A stretch of DNA of 63,306 nucleotides, counting the filler, from Chiloscyllium plagiosum (taxonomy: Eukaryota), in the NCBI RefSeq assembly GCF_004010195.1. It is 4 parts of one record of this genome, joined end to end, with 100 filler letters (N's around TTAATTAATTAA, not from the genome) between each part and the next. Parts side by side here need not be neighbours in the genome. Positions count along the whole stretch, not along the records: positions 1 to 18,688 come from NC_057710.1; positions 18,789 to 42,939 come from NC_057710.1; 2 more parts are not named here. One strand, given 5' to 3'. This document shows positions 12,496 through 23,838 of the stretch, one piece after another (within the stretch, counting starts at the first letter, position 1; every line of letters starts with the position of its first letter). Below the pieces are notes generated by a model. That model did no database searches and was not told where the DNA came from. It saw only the letters and a list, made by a program, of their open reading frames with translations. The position numbers and the translations under genes are program-made.

Positions 12496-13115
12496 CAAGT
12501 TGTTCTCCTATAACACGCATTTATTCAACTCGATTTGGTTGTAATGCAATTTGTGAATTGCTGACCTTTGTTTTCTAAAGCGGACCCCGTTTGTTGTTCC
12601 ATGATTCCATCGCTGGCACTAGCTGAACAGCAAAACCAGCCTTAGCATCCTCTGCAAAATGCAAATTCAGTGTGCTCAGCTAAAATAGGAATGTAGCAGC
12701 TCTGCAAGCCTTGAAACTGGGAATTGTAGCCTACATTTAGAAGGAACTTTATTTCAAACTGGGGAGTGGGGGGTGGGGGAGTCCTGAGGAGGACGGGATT
12801 TCCATGTGGGCATCCCATGGTCAGTCAGATTGCGCATTCTCTGATGGAGAGCCTTGTGAAAGGTACAGTGCTGTAGTCAGTGATTTTAGTGTTAAAATGT
12901 TAAATTTGCTGTACTATTTCATTAAAATTTATGATTTAAAAATTTACTGAAGACTGTGCTGTCATTTGTGTTAGGCTAACTACCATTTTTGTTTCAATTA
13001 TTACTGATATTTTTGGTGGCTTGCCCCAACCCTGTTTTTCCCACAGGCCCCATTATTAATGTTGCTCTAACACGTGCATGGGAATGCAACTACAACGTTA
13101 TAGGAGAACTACCTG
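12496..13115. mobile_element. Tigger/pogo-like MITE (family B)
   Basis: TIRs CAAGTTGTTCTCCTATAAC / GTTATAGGAGAACTACCTG, flanked by TA at 12494-12495 and 13116-13117. Confidence 0.85.
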
Positions 13116-13174
13116 TACAAATTATATATAAACATAGTAATTGACTTAAAATATGGAAATCTATTTGATATTAC

Positions 13175-13435
13175 TTGATTTATTATTGTCACATGTACCT
13201 AGGTAGAGTGAAAAGGTTTGTTTTGCATGCTGTACAGGCAGATCACACCGTACAAAGTGCATAAGTGTAATAGAACAGTGAGGAATATAATGTTACAGCT
13301 GCAGAGAATGTGCACAAAGAGTGAGATCAACATTAAATTTAAAATTTGAGCAGTCCATTCAGAAGTCTAATAACAGCAGAGAAGAAGCCGTTCTTGAATC
13401 TGTTGGGATTTGTGTTTAAACTTTTGTATCTTCTG
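13175..13435 (-). mobile_element. Rex1/L2-like LINE 3' UTR fragment
   Basis: Near-copy of 14485-14745, the 3' end of the RT-bearing copy. Confidence 0.75.
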
Positions 13436-14092
13436 TGACAGTTATAAAGAATGGAATTTTCCCAGGCCCTGCACAATGTGGGAATTGATGAGTCAGTTGG
13501 ACAATAGTGAGGTTCTCAACATCAAGTAGAACAAGTCTGATTCTTCAACCAGGTTTGGAAGGGTGTGACAGGAATCTTGCCAGCAAGTGGTGAATGGTGA
13601 ATGACTCATTTGTGTGCATTAGGGGGACTCCACAATTCTGAATCTCACCTCATTGCTGTGCAGTTTTCCCACTCTCCCACTTGCTGAGAGAAACTAGATG
13701 GCGACAATTCCCGACATGAAAGTCAGAGTGGATGCCTGATGACTCCGGCTCACCACTTTCTCTTCTGGCCTTCTAAATTGAACAGCAGTCACTAATGCCT
13801 TAGGACAGGTTTCATGGGCAGCATGGGCTCCCCCCGCCGCCCCCCCCCCTGCCCCCCACCCCCAAATATGGAAGCTGGCAGCAGGTATGTACCAGCCTCT
13901 CCACACTCTCATGGAAGGCAGTCTTCAGTTAGGGGGGGCCCTACGCAGTAAATCAAGGGCAGCGTCCAGCAGCTTAGACACCATCAGGCTTCAGGGATCC
14001 ATATCACTACAGTCCAGGGAGTGGGCACAGCTCAGACCTGCAGGTCCAGTGCAACCAGTCAGTCAGAGAGTTGTACAGAGATCAGTCAGAGA

Positions 14093-14222
14093 GTGGAAAC
14101 AGGCCCTTCGGCCCAACAAGTCCACACCGTCCCGCCGAAGCACAACCCACCCATACCCCTACATTTACCCCTTACCTAACGCCACCGTGCCGCCCATACA
14201 GAGATCAGTATGGGCGGCACGG
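14093..14222 (-). mobile_element. Internally deleted and rearranged HE1-type SINE
   Basis: HE1 3' end joined to HE1 5' end; flanked by the 21-bp duplication TGTACAGAGATCAGTCAGAGA at 14072-14092 and 14223-14243. Confidence 0.8.
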
Positions 14223-15358
14223 TGTACAGAGATCAGTCAGAGATCCACATCAATGGGGTTGTACATGTCAGGGGAATGAGCCAGTATCAGTCCTGTGTGT
14301 CAGCTTCATAAAAGTCAGTTATCAGGGCCACTGGTGTGGGGAATTTGTAGAAGTTGGTTGTGGGGATTGGAGGTAGCATGCTAGGATACCTAGAGACAAT
14401 AGTTGTAATTGAGCAATTGAACATATAAGAGGAGGTGTTAGAGACAATTGTGTATTGGTGAACATGAATTTTTTTTTATTTGAATTGATTTATTATTGTC
14501 ATGTACCTAGGTACAGTGAAAAGTTTTGTTCTGTGTGCAGTACAGGCAGATCACGCCTTACTAAGCGCATTAGAGTAATAGAACAGTGCGAAGAATACAA
14601 TGTTATGGCTGCAGAGAAGGTGCACAAAGAGCGAGGTCAACATTAAATTTAAAATTTAAGAGGTCTATTCAAAAGTCTAATAACAGCGAGGAAGAAGCTG
14701 TTCTTGAATCTGTTGGTACATGTGTTTAAGCTTTTGAGTCTTCTGCCCAACAGAAGAGGCTAGAAGAGATTATAATTGGAGTGGGAGGGGACTTTGATGA
14801 TGTTGGCTGCTTTCCTGAGGCTGCAAGAAGTATGGATGGAGTCAGTGGATGGAAGATTGGCTTGCAGGATGGACTGGGCTGTATTCACAATGTTCTGTAG
14901 TTTCTTACAATGTCACATTTCCTTAGCTTCCTGAAGAAGTAGAGGTATTGTTGTGCTTTCTTGACCTTAGTGTCAATGTGGGTGGACCAGGACCAGGAAC
15001 TTGATGCTCTCGACCATCTCCACCTCAGCACCACTGAGGTAGACAGGGATTTGCCCTCCACCTTGCTGCCTGAAGTCAATAACCAGCTCTTTCGTTTTAA
15101 TGATGTTTTTGGAGAGATTCTTATCTTTACAGTACACCACCAAGCGCTCTATCTGTTTCCTGTATTCTGCCTCTTCATAGTTTGAGATGTAGCCTACAAT
15201 GGTGGCGTCAACAGCGTACTTTTCGCTGGAGTTAGCGCGGGTTTTGGCCACACAATCGTGAATGTACAGGGAGTATATTAAGGGGCTGAGTACGCAGCCT
15301 TGCAGGGCGCTGGTGTTGAGGATTATTGTGGAGGAGGTGCTTTTGCCTATTCTCACTG

Positions 15359-16186
15359 GTTAGAGACAAAATAAACTGCAGATGCTGGAATCCAAGGTGG
15401 ACAAGGAAGAGGCTGGAAGAACACAGCAAGCATCAGGAGGTGGAGAAGTCGACGTTTCAGGTTTAACCCTTCTTCAGGACTGGGCGTAGGTGTAGGGGGA
15501 GCTGCAGATAAAGGGGAAGATGGGGGAAGGGTGGTGAAGTAGGGATGGGTGAACACAGGTAGAGAGTACGACCTGGTTGGTCAATGGGAGCAATGAATCC
15601 GGTAGGTGGCTAGAAGGAGTGGAAGGGAGGGGAGGGGAGGGGCTGGGAAGGGAATCAGGAGAATGGAAGGGAGGTTATTTGAAATTGGAGAACTCCATGT
15701 TGGATCCTTCAGGCTGTAGGCTGCCCAGTTGGCCTCCTCCATTGCCACAATGGTCACCACCCATTTTTATCCTCCTTCCCACTCCCTTTCTGACATGACT
15801 ATCCTTAGCCTCTCCATTGCCACGATGAACCAAACCGCAAATTGGAGGAACAACACCTCATCCTCTGCTATAGCCCAGAAGACTCAACATGAAAGAACAT
15901 TGAGTTCTCCAACTTCAAAGAACCTCCCTTCCCCTAACTCCCTTCCCAGCCCCTCCCCTTCCATTTCTCCTTGCCATCTACCAGATTCATTCCTCCCATT
16001 GACCAACCAGGTCGTACCATCTACCTGTATTCACCTATCCCCACTTCACCACCCTGCCCCCACCACTCCCTTTATCTGCAGCTCCCTTTACACCCACTCC
16101 AAGTCCTGAAGAAGGGTTACACCCAAAATGTCGACATCTCCACCTCCTGATGCTGCCTGGCTTGCTGTGTTCTTCCAGCCTCCTCG
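15359..16186. mobile_element. PLE insertion made of two inverted 3' fragments
   Basis: TSD TATTCTCACTG at 15348-15358 and 16187-16197. The left arm is minus and the right arm plus, each with a hammerhead-like motif (15447-15481, ~16102-16136). Confidence 0.85.
15447..15481 (-). ncRNA. Minimal type I hammerhead ribozyme motif
   Basis: AGUC-CUGAAGA-AGGGUUAAACCU-GAAACGUC-GACU, with helix I AGUC/GACU. Confidence 0.7.
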
Positions 16187-16311
16187 TATTCTCACTGATT
16201 GCAGTCTGTGGGTGAGGAAGTTACTGTGGAATAGGGGGCCATTGATGGACACACCCAGTCTGGCTTCGATGAGGTGAGACTAAATATAGGGCCAGGGCTC
16301 GGGGGTAATGT

Positions 16312-18128
16312 TAGAATATAGAACATTACAGTGTAGTACAGGCCCTTCGGCCCTCAATGTTGTACCGACCTGTGGAACCAATCTGAAACCTATCTAACCT
16401 ACACTATTCCATTCTCGTCCATAAGCCTATCCAATGACCATTTAAATGATCTAATTGGTGAGTCTACTACTGTTGCAGGCAGCGTGTTCCATACCCCTAC
16501 TACTTTCTGAGTAAAGAAACTACCTCTGACATCTGTCCTATATCTATCACCCTTTAATTTAAAGCTATGTCCCCTTGTGCTAGCCATCACTGTCCGAGGA
16601 AAAAGGTTCTCACTGTCCACCCGATCTAACCCTCTGATTATCTTATATGTCTCAATTAATTCACCTCTCAACCTTCCCTCTAATGAAAACAGCCTCAAAT
16701 CCCTCAGCCTTTCCTTGGGGCCACTTCTCAGCTCCAATGGGCTGAGAAGTGGCAGATGGAGTTTAATTCAGATAAATGCGAGGTGCTGCATTTTGGGAAA
16801 GCAAATCTTACCAGGATATATACGCTTAATGGTAAGATCCTAGGGAGTGTTGCTGAACAAAGAGACCTTGGAGTGCAGGTTCATAGCTCCTTGAAAGTGG
16901 AGTCGCAGGTAGATAGGATAGTGAAGAAGATGTTTGGTATGCTTTCCTTTATTGGTCAGAGTATTGAGTACAGGAGTTGGGAGGTCATGTTGCGGCTGTA
17001 CAGGAAATTGGTGAGGCCACTGTTGGAATATTGTGTGCAATTCTGGTCTCCTTCCTATCGGAAAGATGTTGTGAAACTTGAAAGTGTTCAGAAAAGATTT
17101 ACTAGGATATAGGGAGAGGCTGAGCAGGCTGGGGCTGTTTTCCCTGGAATATTGGAGGCTGAGGGGTGACCTTATAGAGGTTTACAAAATTATGAGGGGC
17201 ATGGTTAGGGTAAATAGGCAAAGTCTTTTCCCTGGGGTCGGGGAGTCATGAACTAGAGGGCATAGGTTTAGGGTGAGAAGGAAAAGATATAAAAGAGACC
17301 TAAGTGGCAACTTTTTCACGCAGAGGGTGGTACGTGTATGGAATGAGCTGCCAGAGGAAGTGGTGGGGCTGGTATAATTGCAACATTTAAGAGGCATTTG
17401 AATGGGTATATTAATAGGAAGGGTTTGGAGGGATATGGGCCGGGTGCTGGCAGGTGGGACTAGATTGGGTTGGGATATCTGGTCGGCATGGACGGGATGG
17501 TCCGAAGAGTCTGTTCCATGTTGTACATCTCAAAGGCTCTATGACTCTATTTATATAAATGACAAACAGCAGTGGACCCACAACAGATCCTTGTGGTACC
17601 CCACTAGTAATTGAACTCCCATCAACCACCATCCTGTGTCTTCTTTCAACTAGCCAATTTCTGATCCAAACCACTAAATCACCCTTAATCCCATGCCTTC
17701 GTATTTTGTGCAATAGCCATGGGGAACCTTATAAAGGCCTTACTGAAATCCATATACACCAGATTAACTGCTTTACCCTCATTCACCTGTTCAGTTACCT
17801 TCTCAAAGAACTCAATTAAGGCTTGTGAGGCACTTTTGGAGAATAGCGTACAGTTCTGGTCACCGCATTGTAGGAGGCATGTGGAAGCTTTGGAAAGGGT
17901 TCAGAAGAGATTTACTAGGATATTGCCTGGTATAGAGGGAAGGTCTGACAAGGAAAGGCTGAGGGACTTGAGGCTGTTTTCATTGGCGAGAAGGTTCAGA
18001 GGTGAGTTAATTGAGAAATATAAAATAATCAGAGGGTTAGATCGGTTGGACAGTGAGAGCCTTTTTTTTCCTCGGTTGGTGATCGCTTGCATGAGGGGAC
18101 AAAGCTTTAAATTAAGGAGTGATAGATG
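16312..18128. mobile_element. Mosaic of CR1 LINE fragments (16312-16716 minus, 16720-17550 plus, 17550-17820 minus, 17820-18128 plus)
   Basis: CR1 motifs MEFNSDKCEVLHFG, GVPQGSVVGPLLF and VQFWSP; tails TCTATGACTCTA and (TATTCTA)n. Confidence 0.88.
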
Positions 18129-18129
18129 A

Positions 18130-18688
18130 GGGGATCCAAGATGGCGGCGACCCAGTAAGACTGAGTCTATAGTGCTCCTCCCAAGACTTGGGCACAGTGG
18201 GTCACCTACCCCCTACCAAGCTCACCAAATCATTTATAAATCATTTTTAATAGTTTAGTAACTCAATTAGTTGTGTAACATTACATTTAAGCAACTTTAT
18301 CCTAAGTTAAAATGACTAAAGGGAAAGGAGCCCGAGGCTCTCAGCAAGCAGGAACCCCTCCCCCACACTCTACAGCTGCAGCAGAGGCGTCCACAGCCGC
18401 CCCGAGGAACTTACCTACAGTAGCAAGTCTTGCAGAAATGCTTTCCAAGCTTGACTCGAAGATCGATGCCTTTATCGTCGAATCCAGAAATCGTTGGGAG
18501 TCGCTCTCGGCCGCGCTGCAGAAGCACGACCGTGAAATTGAAGAAATTCAAAGCCGAGTCGGAGGGGCGGAGCTAAAGGCCGCGACCTCGGAGACAACCG
18601 CTCAATCGGCCGTGGATCAAGTCCGGACTCTCGAGCAGCGAGTCCGGACCTTGGAAAATCATATTGACAACCTCGATAATCGAGGTCG
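18130..18688 (+). mobile_element. 5' end of a young L1: 5'UTR and ORF1 (from 18312), cut by an assembly gap
   Basis: GGGGATCCAAGATGGCGGCG start (YY1-type motif); uninterrupted CpG-rich ORF with a coiled coil ending LENHIDNLDNRG, typical of L1 ORF1p. Confidence 0.82.
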
Positions 18689-18788
18689 NNNNNNNNNNNN
18701 NNNNNNNNNNNNNNNNNNNNNNNNNNNNNNNNTTAATTAATTAANNNNNNNNNNNNNNNNNNNNNNNNNNNNNNNNNNNNNNNNNNNN
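18689..18788. other. Artificial scaffold spacer
   Basis: 44 N + TTAATTAATTAA + 44 N; identical to the spacers at 42940-43039 and 59577-59676. Confidence 0.95.
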
Positions 18789-20260
18789 AGCACCACCCCA
18801 CCCCCATTTATCTCTCATTCCCCCTTTCCCCCTCCACATTCGCAATGAAGAGCTTATGCCCGAAACGTTGACTCTCCTGCTCCTCGGATGCTGCCAGAAT
18901 GGCTGTAATTTGCCAGTACCACAATTTTTGAAATAATTGATGCTAGTTGAGTCCCCATGACAGACCAGCTGTTAATTGAGCACTTTCGGAAAGGTAACCA
19001 CAGCATGTTATGAATTAGACTGATAAGCAATTTATGATTGTCATTTGGTCTTGTTGTGTGGTCAACTTGCATAGACTGGAAACAAATTGCGCCTGTTTCA
19101 ACTTCACAAAATGAGCAAAAACCATTGTCTGGTTCATTCCTCCTTACAACACCCTGGTCCATCTGAGTCATCTTGTCTGGCTTAACTTCAGCTTGGCAGT
19201 TAACTGCCAGTTATTATCTAACTGGTGCACACTTCATTGACAATGCTTCTAGCAATCACTTTGCAAGCAATCAACACTCTCTTCTCTCCAAGTTGTTCCC
19301 CTTCACACTGATATTCTTGCAAATGTACTGATCAGTCCAAGACTAAAAATACATTGTTTTTCAGGAAGATTCAAGTTCTACACTACCAGATGACTATTAA
19401 TTAAAGGATAATTATAATGTGGAACTTTACACTCTAAATTTTCAAGTGTTGACTGGAACAGTAAAAGGGCAGAAAGGGGCAAGTGTTTCTAAATTGTATT
19501 CAGGACAATTTTCGACATCGCTATATTTCTAATTCAACGTGGAAGCAGGCATCGCCAGTTCTGATTCTGATTCTGTGGAATGAAGTGGATCGAGTGGTTT
19601 AACCTTCAGGATACAAACATTCAGGGGACGGTGATCATAGAATCATGTCGGCTATGGGAATGACGCACTCCAAAGTAAAATTAATTAATTAGGGAAAAAC
19701 CAATTTCATTGGCATGAGAACTGATTTAGCCCAGATAAATTGGAATCAAAGATTGGCAGGCAAAAGTATTCACAATGGATTGTCTTTACGTACATTCCAC
19801 AAGGGAAGAAAATCAAATAAATCCTGAAGCTACTGGATGACAACAAAAATTAAAAATGAAACAAGGGAGAATGTGATCAATATTGGGTGGATTACACAAG
19901 TGAAAACTGGGTGCAGAGAGAGGAGTCGAAAGGTAAGTAAAAAACAAACAAATGATCAAAGAGATAGCAGGCGAAGAGACAGATAGCTAACACCAAACTG
20001 AATCCTTAAGTAATAAAAAATTAGTAAAGAGATGAGAGGGTCCTATTAGTGACCTAAAAGGGATTTACATATGGAGATTGGAGCTACTGAAGGTATTTGT
20101 AATCACTCAGGAAACCCAAATGGACAGGAACATCCTTTATTGTTGAACACTAAAATAGTGCCACGACTTGTGGTGTGCATAGGTTAGTCCCAGTCTGACA
20201 CAGTTGAAACTTTATTGCTGGAACAGCACAGCAGGTCAGGCAGCATCCAGGGAACAGGAG

Positions 20261-20296
20261 ATTCGACGTTTCGGGCACAGGCCCTTCTTCAGGAAT
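20261..20296 (-). ncRNA. Minimal type I hammerhead ribozyme motif in a PLE terminal fragment (~20215-20385)
   Basis: AUUC-CUGAAGA-A-GGGC(CUGU)GCCC-GAAACGUC-GAAU; helices I and II pair perfectly. Confidence 0.78.
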
Positions 20297-21169
20297 GAGC
20301 AGAGAGTGTTCAGCAGGAGAAGATAAAAGGTAGGGAGGAGGGACTTGGAGGAGGGGCGTTGGAAATGTGATAGGTTGGAAATGTGATGTGTGTAGAACTG
20401 TCTGAGACAGACAGTTCTACACACCCATCCCTAGGCCTGCTTCTTTTCATCCCAAGAGGGCCTTGTAAATGCACCCAGTTTGGAGCCAGAACCATGATCC
20501 TAAGATTAAGCGTCCCATTAAGGGTTACATTAGGAGCTAGCCGGGCATGTTTGAATCATCTTTATTTATTTACTTTTAATGTTCCCCCCCCCACCACTGC
20601 ACCCAAGAGAGCTCAGTAGTTTTTGTTTGCCCCATATGTTCTGCCACCAGGAAAACAGCCATGTGGCTAATGAAACATTAACCTGGGCCTACATTCTCAA
20701 AGGTTCAAGTGATGAGTTCCAGCTGGGAAGGCCATTACCCATTACCTGAGCTCTACAAGCTGATTAATTAGTCATTCCCCATGGGCTTTATATTAAATGT
20801 ATTAAATGAATACATTGTATGTGTGGATGAAGAAGAAGCTCTCCAATTTAGAAGGAGGAGATAGCTGAGACACTGGGTGGACTAAAAATGGTTATATTAT
20901 TAGATAGATTGGCTGCATTTAGAGTCAATAAATCACCAGGATCAGATGGGATACATTCAAGGAAACTAGGGAAGTGTAAGGAGACCGAGGTTTAAAATTG
21001 TTAGGTTTTTGACTTTGTTTGTTTAAACTGGTCATTTTTAAAGTTTCTCTTCTTACAAACACTTATTCTGCAAGTCTAACAAAGCCAAAATGCCATTTTG
21101 TCTGAATACAGAAGCCATTATGATATTGCACATTGATAATCCCAGAACACTGACAAACTATAAGTACTA

Positions 21170-21352
21170 CGGCTGGAGGACCATTGACTCAGAGAAGGAA
21201 GTTCTTTGGTCTACCTGAGACTCGTTGATCTTCCAGACCAAGGAGTTGACCTTGACTGAGTGTGGCAGGTTAGCACATTCCACGATCCAGGACTACACGC
21301 TGAGGGATGCATTAAAGCTTGGGACCACTGCCACCAAGATGCAGTGGGGAAA
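21170..21352 (+). mobile_element. Tx1-like LINE 3' fragment
   Basis: Homologous, in inverted orientation, to 22070-22240 and to the C-terminus of the 22537-23838 element. Confidence 0.65.
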
Positions 21353-22039
21353 TATAATTAATATAAAAAATACACATCAATTATATTGTAATTGAAGGAC
21401 ATATAATTAATAATCAGTGGCGAATAAAGCCTGCATTTTTATTAATACTAATTACATTATTAACTGTCTGTATTTTAAATTGTATGGTTAAAATAGACAG
21501 AGAAAGACAGGAGAAAAATATCTCTCGTGTCATATCAGTACAGTTGTCCTTGGCACTAAAGTTGTAAGCACATTTATGAATCACTATTTATGGATAGCTA
21601 TTGATAGAGAAAAAAATCCAACACAATGGAAAAAGGGGAGAGTGGGCTTAAGTAAGTTTGTGATATCATGGACAAATGGTCTTTTCTATAATTATTCTAG
21701 ATTCGATGAAATGTACGAAATCATTAAATACAACTAATGGTGCCATGTCAATAAAACCTCACAAATAATTCTTCAACAAGATATTTTCTTTATTTAATTT
21801 CCTTATGATGTGGGTGAGCTGGCAAACTAGTATTTATTTTTAACTTCAAAAATATACTTAATACATATATGATCTCTAAGTAACTGCAAGTACAGAATTT
21901 GTAGAAAATATAGTACAGTTTTGACATTTCTCATGAGAGCTTCAATCCAGTTGCAACAAAAAGACAATTTCTAATCATGAAAGGGAACTATTGATATTAG
22001 CATTAAAGCTATAACGTATCTCAAAACATAAAAGACCCT

Positions 22040-22523
22040 TGTTAATCTTCAGCAGGAAGACCTCATTGGTCTTTCCCCACTGCAACTTGGTGGCAGTGGT
22101 CCCAAGCTTTAATGAATCTCTCAGCACGTAGTCCTGGACCTTGGAATGTGCCAGTCTGCCACACAGTCAGGGTCAACTTCTGGATCTGGAAGGTCAATAA
22201 GTCTCAGGCAGACCAAAGAACCTCCTTCTCTGAGTCCAGGTGTAGTTGACAGATAATAGAGCAGAGAGTCCTGTGTCACAGAGCTGTTCGGGACAAACTT
22301 CGATAAAAACCACTGCAACTTCCTCCAGACTTCCTTTGCAAAGTCAGATTCCAGAAGGTGATATGTGACATCTCTACACTCCCGCAGCTCCTTTAACGGC
22401 AGTGTGCCTTGGCAGAGGCATACTGGGTGTACAAGTAGGATCTCACAAATAGTATCCTTCTCACCACCAGCCAAGCGATCTCTCAATGCTTGGTGAAAAG
22501 TTCTGGTGATGAGGCAGACGGAG
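22040..22523 (-). mobile_element. Older Tx1-like LINE ORF2 C-terminal fragment
   Basis: Encodes HLLESDFAKEVWRKLQWFLSKFVP, homologous to the adjacent copy. Confidence 0.7.
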
Positions 22524-22536
22524 TTGATGTTTGTCT

Positions 22537-23838
22537 TTTTTTTATTTCAAAAATATACTTTATTCATAAAATATTTTGATGATCTGTACAATTGGTCATG
22601 CCATATGTACGTAAACATTCCATTTCTTTGCATACAGAGACAGAGTAATCATTCATATATACAGGTCTGTAAAATTACTATCCACATATTTAGCTGGGGG
22701 GGTTAGCGGAGCCCCCTTACTGCGTTGGCCCCCTGTGCTTAGGCAGGCAAATGTTACACAGTGGTCTTTCCCCACTGCGCCTTGGCAGCAGCTGCCCCAA
22801 GATTCAGCGGGCCCTCAACACGTAGTCCTGGACCTTGGAATGTGCCAGTTTGCAACACTCAGTCAGGGTCAACTCCTTCAGCTGGAAGATCAACAGGTAT
22901 TGGACAGGTCAAAGAGCGTCTTTGACCGAGTCGATGATCCTCCAGGCACAGTTGATGTTCGTCTCGGTGTGCGTCCTAGGGAACAGGCCGTAGAGCACAG
23001 AGTCCCGCGTCAAGGCGCTGCTCGGGACGAACCTCGACAAACACCACTGCATTCCTCTCCAGACTTCTTCTGCATAGGCACATTCCAGAAGGAGATGGAA
23101 ATGTGTTGCTGGAGAAGCGCAGCAGGTCAGGCAGCATCTAGGGAACAGGAGAATCGACGTTTCGGGCATTAGCCCTTCTTCAGGAAGAAGGGCTAATGCC
23201 CGAAACGTCGATTCTCCTGTTCCCTAGATGCTGCCTGACCTGCTGCGCTTCTCCAGCAACACATTTCCATCTCTGATCTCCAGCATCTGCAGACCTCATT
23301 TTCTCTTCAAACATTCCAGAAGGAGGTGTGTGACAGTCTCGTCCGCCCCGCAGCCACTTCGAGGGCAGCGTGTGGTGTGGCTGAGAGGCCGGGCGTGCAT
23401 AAAGGATCTCACAGGCAGAGCCCTTCTCACCACCAGCCAAGCCATGTCTTGGTGCTTGTTGGAAAGTTCTGGCGATGAGGCATTCTGCCAAATGGCTTTG
23501 ACAGTCTGCTCAGGGAACCGCTCGACAGGATCCACCCTCTCCTTTTCCCGAAGGGTCCCAAGGACACTCTGTGCTGACCACTTCCTGATGGACTTGTGGT
23601 CAAAGGTGTTTTTCTTCATAAACTTCTCCATGAAGGACAGGTGACACAGAATGGCCTAACTACTCGGAGCGTTCCGCGGCAGCGAGGCCAGGCCCATCCT
23701 TCACAACACCGGGGACGGGTAGAACCTCAGTACGTAGTGACCCTTGGTGTTTGCGTACCGGGGATCCATGCACAGCTTGATGCAGCCACACACAAAGGTG
23801 GCCATCAGGGTGAGGGGGGCATTGGTTGTGTTACTGAA
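22537..23838 (-). mobile_element. Tx1-like (L1-group) LINE, 5'-truncated, with C-terminal zinc finger and polyA tail
   Basis: Encodes WLVVRRALPVR..CPRSGCGADETVTHLLLEC-AYAEEVW; polyA at about 22537-22543; TSD TTGATGTTTGTCT at 22524-22536 and 23839-23851. Confidence 0.85.
23092..23310. mobile_element. Palindromic PLE terminal insert within the Tx1-like LINE
   Basis: Perfect 90-bp arms at 23092-23181 and 23184-23273; TSD ACATTCCAGAAGGAG at 23080-23094 and 23311-23325. Confidence 0.92.

Larger units (their letters stand above)
14480..16225 (-). mobile_element. Rex1/Babar (L2-group)-like LINE 3' portion, interrupted by a PLE
   Basis: Encodes LQGCVLSPLIYSLYIHDC, KYAVD, KTKELVIDFR and KKAQQYLYFFRKL; the sequence resumes after the PLE insert at 16198. 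Confidence 0.82.

Noticed and set aside
18733..18744. Palindromic TTAATTAATTAA within N runs (also 42984 and 59621)
   Set aside because: An identical 100-bp construct with stops in all frames; an assembly or concatenation spacer, not biology.
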